This document shows positions 7,182 through 16,346 of a stretch of 56,927 bases of DNA, in pieces (positions within the stretch are counted from its first letter, which is position 1; the number at the start of each line of letters is the position of its first letter). The translations under genes and the position numbers were made by a program. This DNA is from a virus (taxonomy: Duplodnaviria; Caudoviricetes): the IMG/VR virus record IMGVR_UViG_3300037247_001878, positions 1 through 56,927 of that record; one strand, given 5' to 3'. The notes under the pieces were generated by a model. That model was not told where the DNA came from. It made no database searches and worked only from the letters and a program-made list of their open reading frames with translations.

Positions 7182-8147
7182 ATGACCCAGCACTTCCTAC
7201 TTTCCGCCCAAGCTCGGACCCTCAGCCTGGCCAAGGTCATGCGGCTGTCCGACCGAGAGGCTTACCAGACGTTCGCGCGCATCCGCTGGGCTCAGAACGA
7301 CGGCGAGCCCTTTTGCCCACGCTGCGGCTGCGTAGCGGTCTACACGTACCGCTCACGGCCTATCTACAAGTGCCAGGGCTGCGAAAGCCAGTTCTCGATC
7401 ACCACGGATACGATCTTCGCCAGTCGCAAGCTGCCGATCCGCGATTTGCTGGCCGCCATCGCGATCTTCGTGAACGGGGCCAAGGGCATTTCGGCGCTGC
7501 AATTGAGCCGTGACCTGGACTGCCAGTACAAGACGGCTTTCGTCCTGGCTCACAAGTTGCGCGAAGCCATGGGCGCCGAAATGAAGGGCCGCAAGCTGTC
7601 CGGCCATGTCGAAGTCGATGGCGCGTACTTCGGCGGCTATGTGCGACCCGAAAACCGCAAGGAGGACCGCGTAGATCGCCGTTTGTCCGAGCATCGTTCC
7701 GGCAAGCGCCGGGTCGTTATCATCATGCGCGAGCGTGGCGGTAAGTCCTTTCCGTTCGTTTGCCAGACAGAAGATCAGTCCGTACCCGTGATCCGCGCGC
7801 GCGTCCTGTCGGGCACCACGGTTTATGCCGACGAGTCCTCAAGCTGGGATGCGCTACACGCCAAGTACGACATGCACCGCGTCAATCACTCGATCATGTT
7901 CCAGGACGAAGGCAAGGCCGATACCAATCAGGCCGAAAGCTACTTCTCCCGTCTGCGTCGCGCGGAGATTGGCACACACCACCACATTAGCGGGCGGTAT
8001 CTGCACTCCTACGCGAACGAAATGGCTTGGCGTGAAGATCACCGCCGCAAGCCGAACGGAACGCAGTATCTCCTAGTCGCCGCTGCCGCTCTTGGCCATC
8101 CGGTGTCGCGGGAATGGAAAGGCTATTGGCAGCGGAGCGTGAACTAG
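7182..8147 (+). CDS. IS1595-family DDE transposase
   Basis: Zn ribbon CPRC...CQGC, GISALQLSR HTH, VEVDGAYFGG, VYADE, VNHS, TNQAESYFSRLRR. Confidence 0.95.
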   Translation: MTQHFLLSAQARTLSLAKVMRLSDREAYQTFARIRWAQNDGEPFCPRCGCVAVYTYRSRPIYKCQGCESQFSITTDTIFASRKLPIRDLLAAIAIFVNGAKGISALQLSRDLDCQYKTAFVLAHKLREAMGAEMKGRKLSGHVEVDGAYFGGYVRPENRKEDRVDRRLSEHRSGKRRVVIIMRERGGKSFPFVCQTEDQSVPVIRARVLSGTTVYADESSSWDALHAKYDMHRVNHSIMFQDEGKADTNQAESYFSRLRRAEIGTHHHISGRYLHSYANEMAWREDHRRKPNGTQYLLVAAAALGHPVSREWKGYWQRSVN

Positions 8148-8202
8148 CTTGAACAACAAGATTAGTTGAGGCAGGGTGCTACAACGTTAGACTAGACGAT
8201 TC

Positions 8203-9138
8203 TTAGTCACCTTTAAATAGCTCTGGAATTCTCAAATCAAAAAGAGCGCTCAAAAAGGCGCCTGAAATCAACGCGATAACTATCCAAATCATTTTTGCGC
8301 CAAAAAAGAGGCCGCTCATCTTATCAAGTCTAGTGCGAATTGTTTCGTCCTCTTGTTTTCGCGCGTCTTTTTCTTCTCTTAGTCCCTCCAGCAATTTATC
8401 AATTTGCCGACTTTGCTTCTCAAGAGACTCCCGAAAGGTGCCCTTCCAATCTCGATCCTCGCGAACCTCTGTAGTGAGCGCGGTAAGCTGACTTTCCAAA
8501 TTGGCTACGGCATCGGCCAAAGAGGTAAGTTCTACTGGCTTGTAGTTTTTGATCAGGGTAATCAAGTCATCGGGAAACTCGCCCTCCGTTGTGGTCTCAG
8601 GGGTAGGAAAGTGAGTCTGTTCTTCATCGGAAAGCTGATAGAATAGTGCAGCTATGAGCTTCTTTCTAGGTCGAAGCACGAATGGCGTCGAAGAGACATT
8701 ATAGAGTCCAAGCCACAATGGTCCCCTGTATAAAGGGTCAATGCAGAACCCACCAAGTGCTATAATCCCAGCATGACTAATTTTTCTCTTTGGGCTCAAA
8801 ACCGCAATTATATTTTCTGGCAGATCCAATTCCTCAATTGTTCGGACGAATACTACTTCTCCGGGTTCAATTGTAACTGAAGCCCTTTCCATCTCGGATA
8901 ATTTTTCGATGTCTACGGGCTGTCCAAAAGAGGCTTTCAATATCTGAGGGCTCAGCCGAAAGTCATACTTTGCACCCTCTACGCACTGTGAATTCCCGTG
9001 CTTGATGAAGCCATCCTCGACGGCGCCACGCAATCCGTCGCCCGTAATCAGCATTGCCATCGGCCAGGCTTCCCCCACGCCTGTAGTCGGCGGCTCGTGA
9101 TGGTCCACAACATCTTGTGGTTCTTGACTCGTTTGCAT
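8203..9138 (-). CDS. dCTP deaminase/dUTPase-fold domain fused to coiled coil and C-terminal TM helix
   Basis: AKYDFRL, IEPGEVVFVRTIEELDLP, IDPLYRGPL.L.LYN; C-terminal IWIVIALISGAFLSALF; start may be 9060. Confidence 0.75.
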   Translation of the reverse strand: MQTSQEPQDVVDHHEPPTTGVGEAWPMAMLITGDGLRGAVEDGFIKHGNSQCVEGAKYDFRLSPQILKASFGQPVDIEKLSEMERASVTIEPGEVVFVRTIEELDLPENIIAVLSPKRKISHAGIIALGGFCIDPLYRGPLWLGLYNVSSTPFVLRPRKKLIAALFYQLSDEEQTHFPTPETTTEGEFPDDLITLIKNYKPVELTSLADAVANLESQLTALTTEVREDRDWKGTFRESLEKQSRQIDKLLEGLREEKDARKQEDETIRTRLDKMSGLFFGAKMIWIVIALISGAFLSALFDLRIPELFKGD

Positions 9139-9196
9139 CCTACACCTGCCGGTTCACCACGTCGAGCCGTTTTCGAATCACCTATTGCCTATTATA

Positions 9197-9211
9197 GAAC
9201 AAATACAGAAC
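9197..9211. promoter_or_regulatory. Alphaproteobacterial LexA box
   Basis: GAAC-AAATACA-GAAC abutting a minus-strand TATAAT at 9191-9196. Confidence 0.6.
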
Positions 9212-9324
9212 ATTGGTATAGCAAAAAGTATGGAGGTGCGCTTGCTACCTAATACCGAAAAAGTCTTGCGATCGCAAAGGTGCGGCGGACGCCGGGCCTA
9301 TTTGGGACTTGGGTCTCACCGGGT

Positions 9325-10341
9325 TTAGTTCGTGTCGATGATCGCCTGCCAGCCATACGAACCGAGGCAGAGCTCCCAGCGGTACGGCAGGCCGGCCCAG
9401 GGCGCGATGTGGGCGAAAAGGTTGTCGGCGACGTAGACGCCAGCGGACAGGAAGCTGAGGAGCACCAGGTGGCCGCGGCCGTCTGGCACGCGGCAGATGC
9501 CGGGCCTGAGAATCCCCATGGGCCAGCCACGCGCGGCCAGGCGCGCGCGCTTGGTCAGCGCCAGGTCCTCGCAGTCGCCGGCCTCGCCGTCCTCGAGCAG
9601 GCGCCAATTGTCGTTGCCGGCCGGGTCGGGCCGGTACGGGCAGTGGTCGTTGACCTCGCGGTTTATGCGGATCAGATCGTCGATGAAGGTTGGCGCGTGG
9701 AACAGCGACACGCGTTCGCCCGCTGCCTGGTCCGGGTGACGCTCAAGGAAATCTAGCCACTGCGGCGGGTCCTGGACACGGAAGCCCAAGGTCATCGGCG
9801 TCGAGGCGCGGAGGCCCGGCGCGGGGCTGGGTTGGCCAGAGCCGGGCTCCGGGGCGCCCGCATCGTCCAGGAACGCGGGGCCGTGCCAGTGCGGCTCGAC
9901 CGCCGCCATGTAGTGCTCGGCCGTGCCCTTGCCGGCCGAAGTATTGTAAACCCGTTTCCAATATCGGGCCTGGCCCGCCAGGTCGGCGGCAGGAGGCAGG
10001 GCCGCCGGGTCGCGGTAGTAGATCAGGCGCGCGACGGCGGTGGCATAGGCGAGGTTCCAGACCAGTTGGCTCCCGCGCGGCTGGTCCGCAAGCCTGAAGG
10101 CGGCCAGCTTGCCCGCCAATGCCGGGCGGAAGCGGAGCCAGTTGCGGTACAGATCGACATGCGTGTCGGGCTCGACCTGATAGAGGCCGAGCGCCGGGCC
10201 GCCGTCCTGTTTCAGCTTCCGCAGCCCGCTCTCGGCCAACGCCGTGCCGAGCAGCAGGCGTTCGGCGGCGAGCGAGTGCAAACCGAGGCCCTGGAGCGTC
10301 GGGCGGATGACCAGGAGGGCGAACTGGAATGGGTCGATCAT
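9325..10341 (-). CDS. Endolysin: lysozyme-like domain plus transglutaminase-like cysteine peptidase (C93/BTLCP) domain
   Basis: N-term LLLGTALAES...GPALGLYQVEP...YWKRVYNT; C-term INREVN...GDCEDLALTK...GHLVL...VADN. Confidence 0.8.
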   Translation of the reverse strand: MIDPFQFALLVIRPTLQGLGLHSLAAERLLLGTALAESGLRKLKQDGGPALGLYQVEPDTHVDLYRNWLRFRPALAGKLAAFRLADQPRGSQLVWNLAYATAVARLIYYRDPAALPPAADLAGQARYWKRVYNTSAGKGTAEHYMAAVEPHWHGPAFLDDAGAPEPGSGQPSPAPGLRASTPMTLGFRVQDPPQWLDFLERHPDQAAGERVSLFHAPTFIDDLIRINREVNDHCPYRPDPAGNDNWRLLEDGEAGDCEDLALTKRARLAARGWPMGILRPGICRVPDGRGHLVLLSFLSAGVYVADNLFAHIAPWAGLPYRWELCLGSYGWQAIIDTN

Positions 10342-10598
10342 CGCTCGCTCCTCGGGCCCTCGATCCAGCGGTCGAGCTTCTCCTCGATCGACCTCAGGTG
10401 ATTGGCAATACGATTCTCGACGTCCTTGAGATAGCCGATGGTGGCGTACTTCTCGGCCACCTCGACCTTGTAGGCGCCCAGTTGCCGCTCGACCTTGGCC
10501 GCCGCCGCCTTGGCGCAGAGCGCCAGGCGGATGGCGAAGCCGAAGGTGGCGAGCGAAATAACGCCGAGCAGGCCCAGAACGGCATCGATCCAACCCAT
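10338..10598 (-). CDS. Holin-like membrane protein
   Basis: N-terminal TM helix plus coiled coil; ATGA overlap with the endolysin. Confidence 0.55.
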   Translation of the reverse strand: MGWIDAVLGLLGVISLATFGFAIRLALCAKAAAAKVERQLGAYKVEVAEKYATIGYLKDVENRIANHLRSIEEKLDRWIEGPRSER

Positions 10599-10609
10599 GC
10601 GCCTGCCCC

Positions 10610-10936
10610 TTACAGCGCCATGTTGCGGCGCGGCGGCGGCGCCGGCGCGGCATTGTTGCGCCAGCCGTCGCCGGAGCCGACCAGGCAGGCCGGGCCGCCG
10701 GGCGCGGTCACGGTGATGGTCCAGGTGCCGGTTTTCGGGTTCTCGAAGACTTCGACCAGCGCACCGACCGAGGAGATGCCCGAGGCGCTTACCGCCTCGC
10801 CATACTTTCTTGCCAGGTGCTCCACGACCTTGTAGCGCAGGTCGCAGGCCGTTTGTTCGCCCGCCACCGCCGCGCCCGAAAACGACAGCGCCGCGAAGGC
10901 GGCGAGAATCAACAAAGCCGCCCGCAGGCGGCTCAC
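10610..10936 (-). CDS. Small secreted hypothetical protein
   Basis: Signal peptide, two Cys, GTWTITVT motif. Confidence 0.7.
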   Translation of the reverse strand: MSRLRAALLILAAFAALSFSGAAVAGEQTACDLRYKVVEHLARKYGEAVSASGISSVGALVEVFENPKTGTWTITVTAPGGPACLVGSGDGWRNNAAPAPPPRRNMAL

Positions 10937-10963
10937 GCAAAATTTCGCATGATCTCCCCCTCG

Positions 10964-12427
10964 CTAAGGTTGGGTGACGATCTCGAACCAGGTCACGGTC
11001 CAGTCGATGGTGTGGGCGGCCTCGCCGGTGACCTTGATCTCCCACTCGTCGCTGGTGTCGTTGGCCTCGAAGGTCGCGTCCCAGGTGGCGGCGCCGGCGT
11101 CGGCGACCTCGGTCACGTTGGGGGTGGGCGCGCTCGAGGTGCCGCCCTCGTTGCGCGCGCCGCCGAAGATCTCGAAGTGGTAGGTGTCGCCGGTGGCGTC
11201 CTCGCGGCCGTGGCCGGTGGCGCGGATGGTGTGCGCCGAGTCCGCCGCCATGGCGCCGGAGGCGAGCACGGTCTGGGTCGCGTCGGTCGTCTGGACCGTG
11301 GCGGTTTGGCCCGATTCCGTGGTCTCGACGGCCTCGATGGAGAAACTTGTTTTGTCGCTGAGAAGTGTAACTGAACTGTCGCCTTCAATAGACAAAAACA
11401 ACTCGAAATAGTCCGTCGCGACAACGTCCAGCACAGGACTTGTTAGGGATACCCGCGACAGGGTATTACTGATTTCACTCAATTGTTCCGACTTCCCCGG
11501 GTAGGAAGACGCGCCATTTTTCTTGATCGAGAGTGAGACGAAATTTCCCGTGGCAATGAGGTCTATGGCAACCACGCCTTTGAGCCTGACCCGCGTTACG
11601 CCCGCTGGCACCGTGAGACGGGTATTGTTCGTCGAATTGTCGTGGAAGGCGTCCGTATCATACTGTTCCTCGTCAAACGGAATCGCCGCCGCCGGCGAGA
11701 AATCCTGCGTCAACAGGTCGGAGGGAAATGTGACCAGCGCGCCCTTGAACGGGAAGGCGCCGCTCCCGCCTCCGCCGCCGCCGGACTGGGCCTCCGGCAC
11801 CCAGGCGCCGCTGCGCCGCACCAGCACCTCGCCCTCGGCCGGGCCGGCGGTCGGGTAATCGACGTCGCCGACCTCGTCGAGGGTCGCCGGCGCGCCGGTC
11901 TGGGCCTCGGGCACCCAGAGGGCGCCGCGCCGCACCAGCACGTCGGCCTCGGCCGGCCCGGCGGTCTGATAGTCGACGTCGGGCACGTCGTCGAGGGTAT
12001 CTATGGTGGTGCCGTCCGCTCCGGCGGCGCCGGTGGGCCCGGTCAGGTTGTCGATCTGCACCCAGCCGGTGGTGCCCTGATGCTGATACACGTCGCCGCC
12101 GGCGGTATCGAGGTAGAGGTCGCCCTCCTCGCCGAGCTCGGCGGCAGGCGCGCCCGAGCCGGTGAACCAGGTCCGCGCCGGGGCGGTCGGCAGGGTGAAG
12201 GGGCCGAAGGTGCTGGAGTCGGCCATGTGGATGGTCATGGAGGCGCCGACCACCGTGATCGCGGAGATCTCCACCGGCAAAGGCGGGTTTAGTTCGATGT
12301 CGACCACGCGCTCGTCGAGGTCGTAGAAGTTCTCGTCGACCTCAGTGGGCGTGAGATTCGACCCCTTGCCCGAGCCCCACCGGGTTACGTCGGTGGTGCG
12401 GAAGATGAGGCCGCTGGTATGGGTCAT
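10964..12427 (-). CDS. Tail fibre / receptor-binding protein
   Basis: Last tail gene; GSGAPAAELGEEGDLYLD motif, short collagen-like GPTGAAGADG, two DVDY.TAGPAE..VLVRR...WVPEAQ repeats, beta-rich C-terminal domains. Confidence 0.75.
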   Translation of the reverse strand: MTHTSGLIFRTTDVTRWGSGKGSNLTPTEVDENFYDLDERVVDIELNPPLPVEISAITVVGASMTIHMADSSTFGPFTLPTAPARTWFTGSGAPAAELGEEGDLYLDTAGGDVYQHQGTTGWVQIDNLTGPTGAAGADGTTIDTLDDVPDVDYQTAGPAEADVLVRRGALWVPEAQTGAPATLDEVGDVDYPTAGPAEGEVLVRRSGAWVPEAQSGGGGGGSGAFPFKGALVTFPSDLLTQDFSPAAAIPFDEEQYDTDAFHDNSTNNTRLTVPAGVTRVRLKGVVAIDLIATGNFVSLSIKKNGASSYPGKSEQLSEISNTLSRVSLTSPVLDVVATDYFELFLSIEGDSSVTLLSDKTSFSIEAVETTESGQTATVQTTDATQTVLASGAMAADSAHTIRATGHGREDATGDTYHFEIFGGARNEGGTSSAPTPNVTEVADAGAATWDATFEANDTSDEWEIKVTGEAAHTIDWTVTWFEIVTQP

Positions 12428-12445
12428 ATCCGAATGAGCTCCTGA

Positions 12446-13264
12446 TCAGGGCGCCGGGTTACCGAGAATCGCCAGATGCCCCATGATGGTATTGACCCCC
12501 GACGAGACCGAGAGGCTACGCTCGCCAATAGCGCCGGGCCCCGGCTCGTCCTCGGCGTCGTAGACGACCTGCGCGTGGCCGTCGAAGCTGCCGAAGCTGT
12601 CATTGAAGGTCCGGCGCGAATAGCTTCCGCTGCCGGCCGGATCACTCGGGAAGATGATCGCGGTGTTGGAGCGCGAGGCGCGGTCGATGAAGGCGAGCAA
12701 CAGCACCTTGTCGCGCGAGATGGTAAAGTCCGGCGCAGTAACCACCGCGTTCGTTTGCTCTTTGATATTGGTCGCCAGCGCATCGGGGAAGGGCGAGGCG
12801 TTTGGCCAGTTCTGGATGACCCGATAGATCCCGCCGGTGACCGGGCAGTCGCGCGAGTAGGTCCAGGTCCATGTCGGAGGATCGCCGGCCTGGTGAAAAC
12901 GATACCAAAGCGATGCCGTCTGATCGAAGCCGACTTCGGCGCTCTGCTCGGTCGAGAATTGCCAGAGTTGTATCCAACCCGCCGGCCCGGAGATCGTTAC
13001 CTGCGGCCAAGGGTCGGGATCGATCACGCGGTCGGCCGAGATATGCGCGAGCAACAGATCGCCGGCCACGGGGTTCTCGAAAAAACCGCCGGTATCGGCA
13101 TTCGGCTCCATTGTGAGATCCGACCGATCGAAGCCGGTGATCGTAGATTTATGGTGCCAATCCCAAAGGACCGGCGAGATCAAAGGCCCAGCGGGCGGCT
13201 GATCATCGGGCGCACCCCAGCCGACGCCGACGATGTTCTGCCAGGGGTCGAGTCTTACTGGCAT
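12446..13264 (-). CDS. Minor tail protein
   Basis: Position; RLDPWQNIVGVGW N-terminal motif; beta-rich body. Confidence 0.55.
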   Translation of the reverse strand: MPVRLDPWQNIVGVGWGAPDDQPPAGPLISPVLWDWHHKSTITGFDRSDLTMEPNADTGGFFENPVAGDLLLAHISADRVIDPDPWPQVTISGPAGWIQLWQFSTEQSAEVGFDQTASLWYRFHQAGDPPTWTWTYSRDCPVTGGIYRVIQNWPNASPFPDALATNIKEQTNAVVTAPDFTISRDKVLLLAFIDRASRSNTAIIFPSDPAGSGSYSRRTFNDSFGSFDGHAQVVYDAEDEPGPGAIGERSLSVSSGVNTIMGHLAILGNPAP

Positions 13265-13657
13265 CTAGTTGTTCAGCACGAAGGTCCGGATCAGGCCGTC
13301 CGGGCCGCGGAACGAGATGCGGTCGATGACCTCGACGTCGACGAAGTCGGCCGGGTCCGATGGGTTGGTCACGCGCACCACCGAGACCTGGCGGCCGGTC
13401 TCGGTGAACACCAGGCCGAGGGCGGCGTCGTCCTCCTCGGCCGCGTCGCCCGAGGGCAGGATGTCGAAGATCGGCTGGGTCACGGCGAAGCCGCCGCCGC
13501 CGGCGGCGAACTGGAAGACGCCGGGCGCGCCCCAGCGCAGGGTCGCCTCGCCGTCCGCGCCCGGTGGCCGGCGCCGCGGGATGCGCGCCACAACCGGGGG
13601 CGGGGAACCGATTCTGCCATAGAAGCCAGAGTGAGCCTGTCGAACCGTGAAGGCCAT
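13265..13657 (-). CDS. Minor tail protein
   Basis: Position; VRVTNPSDPADFVDVEVIDRISF motif. Confidence 0.55.
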   Translation of the reverse strand: MAFTVRQAHSGFYGRIGSPPPVVARIPRRRPPGADGEATLRWGAPGVFQFAAGGGGFAVTQPIFDILPSGDAAEEDDAALGLVFTETGRQVSVVRVTNPSDPADFVDVEVIDRISFRGPDGLIRTFVLNN

Positions 13658-13658
13658 T

Positions 13659-15437
13659 TTACGTAGCCTCGAGATTGATGGTCTTCGGGATCGCCAGATC
13701 GGTGACGGTCACGTTGATCGTGTGGACGAAGGGTCCAGTGTCCAGCGGCCGCAGTGAAAGATCGACCTCGGTGAACGCCTCGTTGAGCGCCTCGGTCGCA
13801 ACCGCCAGAGAGTCGAATCCCTGATCGAGAACCACTTTCTGCGCCGCCTCGCCGTCGAAGACCTGCAGGCTGAGGACATTCCGCTCCGACGTCATGCGCA
13901 GGAAGTCCACGCCGTCGTCCGCGATCCCGTCGTTCGGCGGTTGCTGGTCATCGAAGTCGGTGTAGCCGACCTCGCCCGACACCGCCAAGATGACCGCGCC
14001 ACTGCGGGTCTGATACCCGTCCTCGACGTAGCCGTCATCCACGTAATCCGGCGTCCCGGCCGCCGCCGAGACGCTGGTGCCCTGGCCCACGGTGCAGCCG
14101 ATCGTCACCTTGGCGACGAAATCTCCTGAGTCGCCCAGGATCGACAAGGAATACTCCACCACCTTGCCGGTCGCCTCGCCGCCTGGCAGTCGCGGGGCAA
14201 CGACCTTCGCACTGTGGCGCAGCGAAATCGCAAGGACCGAGGCCCAAGTAGTCTCGAAATTTATCTCGACCGCCCGCGCCGCCTCGAGCAGCTCGGCCCG
14301 GGCCAACGCGATCAGGTATTCGAGGCTCTGCTTGCCGCGATCTTTGGTGAAGTAGCTATTCCAACGCCTGTCCTGCAGCGGCGGGGTAAACCCCGCGGTC
14401 CCCGCATCGTCGATCGGCTCGACAATTTGGAACGTGCTGCGCGTGATTATTTGGACTTCCGCATCGCCGGCGTCGGTCAGCATCTCCTGGGTCGCGGCCT
14501 CGAGCTCGAAGACCACGAATTCAGTGCGCGACCGCTCGGCCTCGTAATCCACGAACAGCGTCGGCGCGAAGGTCCAGAGCGGGAACTTCACCAGCGCCCC
14601 GGCCATGGTGACCGGGTTGAAGATCTGCTCGATCCAGATGCCTTCCCCGCGCACGACCTTGGAGGCGCCGACCCACCAGCCGGCGCCGATGCGCGCGCCC
14701 TCCTCGGGCCAGTCTTTCTCCAAGCCCTCGCCGGTGTAAGTCGTGATGACGTGGGACCGCGTCGTGCCGGCGGCGACGAAAGCGGCGATCAACGGTAGGC
14801 GCAAGTCCACGGACCCCGCGCCGGCTTGCTCCCACTCCACCCGGCCCTCGACCCGGACCTTGCGCACCGGCGCGCGTAACGGGCCAGCGTCGAGCGAACT
14901 ACGGTAGACGACCGCGGCCCCCGGCGCTCCAAAGTCCAGAACACCGGCCTCGCCGACGTTGTAATCGGATGCCGTGACAACGTGCGTCGTGCGATCGATG
15001 TGCCAGCGGGCAGCTCGCGCCTCGAGAACCGCGTCCGGATCGCCGCGGAACTCCGGCTCCACCCAGACATCATCGTAAAACGGCCGCACCTTCAGCGCGG
15101 CCGCTGCGGCGTCCCTACGTGCGTCGAAGTCCGCCGGACGGGCCTGGAACTCCATAGTCACCATTTCGCCCGCCAGGCGCTGCGGGTGCCCCAGCAAACG
15201 CCCAAAGAAGAGGGGCACGACACCCGCTGTCGCGTTGGTGTCCAGGGAAATCCACGCCCAGCGCTTGCGCCCTGCGCCCAGCAGGCCGACGCGCGGATTG
15301 ACGACCTCGACCTCGGCCCGCGCGAAAGAGCCTTCTTTTTGATGAATGAGGAGCCGGAAGACCTGCTCGTCCTCGACCTCGTGCTCGACGCCGAAGGTGG
15401 TCTCGCCGGCATCGACCCAGGCGAAGTAGAGGGTCAT
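13659..15437 (-). CDS. Tail tip / baseplate hub-like protein
   Basis: 592 aa, downstream of the tape measure and distal tail genes. Confidence 0.6.
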   Translation of the reverse strand: MTLYFAWVDAGETTFGVEHEVEDEQVFRLLIHQKEGSFARAEVEVVNPRVGLLGAGRKRWAWISLDTNATAGVVPLFFGRLLGHPQRLAGEMVTMEFQARPADFDARRDAAAAALKVRPFYDDVWVEPEFRGDPDAVLEARAARWHIDRTTHVVTASDYNVGEAGVLDFGAPGAAVVYRSSLDAGPLRAPVRKVRVEGRVEWEQAGAGSVDLRLPLIAAFVAAGTTRSHVITTYTGEGLEKDWPEEGARIGAGWWVGASKVVRGEGIWIEQIFNPVTMAGALVKFPLWTFAPTLFVDYEAERSRTEFVVFELEAATQEMLTDAGDAEVQIITRSTFQIVEPIDDAGTAGFTPPLQDRRWNSYFTKDRGKQSLEYLIALARAELLEAARAVEINFETTWASVLAISLRHSAKVVAPRLPGGEATGKVVEYSLSILGDSGDFVAKVTIGCTVGQGTSVSAAAGTPDYVDDGYVEDGYQTRSGAVILAVSGEVGYTDFDDQQPPNDGIADDGVDFLRMTSERNVLSLQVFDGEAAQKVVLDQGFDSLAVATEALNEAFTEVDLSLRPLDTGPFVHTINVTVTDLAIPKTINLEAT

Positions 15438-15627
15438 ATTGCCTAGAACCGCTCGAAAATCGGCAAGTGGATTTCAAGCCAGCCAAGACAAAGCCAGCGC
15501 TCACTCTCGTGAAAGACCCAGCCCCATTTTCTACGCTCCGGGAACAAGATCGTCATCACTTCGAGTCGACGCCATGGCGGCGCGGATGGTGGAAAAGCAA
15601 TAAACATCTGTTTATGACCTTCGACGG

Positions 15628-15921
15628 TTAGGCGCGATCGAAGAAATCCTCGGGGGATACCACCGGCATGCTTCCGGCCGGCCGGATGGTGGGGCGGTCA
15701 TCGACCGCCTTATCGGGTTTGCCGATACACGCGATTGGGCGCAGTCCGTATTTCTTCGCGAAGCCTTGCACGTAGTCAGTACCGCACGCGGACCAGAGCA
15801 CCACCTCCCGGCCGCGCGCGATCAAGGCTTCAACGGCTGCGATGCGCTTGGGCAGGCCCGAGCCCCCCTTGCTTGGGGAATCCGTCAGCGTGCCGTCGAT
15901 GTCGATGAAGATCGGCAGCAT
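15628..15921 (-). CDS. Minimal HAD-superfamily phosphatase
   Basis: IFIDIDGTL motif I, LWSA motif II, GKP..AVDD motifs III/IV; TGATG coupling to the upstream gene. Confidence 0.7.
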   Translation of the reverse strand: MLPIFIDIDGTLTDSPSKGGSGLPKRIAAVEALIARGREVVLWSACGTDYVQGFAKKYGLRPIACIGKPDKAVDDRPTIRPAGSMPVVSPEDFFDRA

Positions 15922-16346
15922 CAGACCTCCTCGAGCTCGAGCGTCCACGGCAGGTTTGCTGGGTATTCCTCGCGACCGCTCCTCCAATCCATCACCAGCA
16001 TTACCAACCTCGGGCGGTAATTGGTGAAGAGGCCATTGGCTACGCTCGACCCCGGAACCACGGTGCGCCCGGCCGGACCCGCAGAGGTCAGATAAGCCAG
16101 TTTGGTGAGGGCGTCGACCGTCACCGTGCTCCCGATCCAGTTCTCATCGAAGGCCGGCGGCTCTTGGTCGGTGCCAGTAAGACTGAGCCGGTATTTGCGG
16201 AACACCGTATCGCTCACGTCGATCAGCACCCCGTTGACCGTTCGCCGCGGCTCCGGGCCCGAAATCGGCCGCAGGGTCTCGACCAGGCCGCGCGCCGAGA
16301 AATCCGGAATACCTATACCCGTCAAGACCAGCTCGGTGTCGGCCAT
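15921..16346 (-). CDS. Distal tail protein-like
   Basis: Directly after the tape measure gene; RRTVNG and WTLELEEV ending. Confidence 0.6.
   Translation of the reverse strand: MADTELVLTGIGIPDFSARGLVETLRPISGPEPRRTVNGVLIDVSDTVFRKYRLSLTGTDQEPPAFDENWIGSTVTVDALTKLAYLTSAGPAGRTVVPGSSVANGLFTNYRPRLVMLVMDWRSGREEYPANLPWTLELEEV

Larger units (their letters stand above)
5394..9257. mobile_element. IS1595-family transporter IS (tIS) with passenger genes
   Basis: IRL CGGTATTAGGTAGCAACCACACCT (5394-5417) and IRR (9234-9257) match 22/24; 8 bp TSD AAAAAGTC at 5386-5393 and 9258-9265; internal IS1595 transposase; lower GC. Confidence 0.93.
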
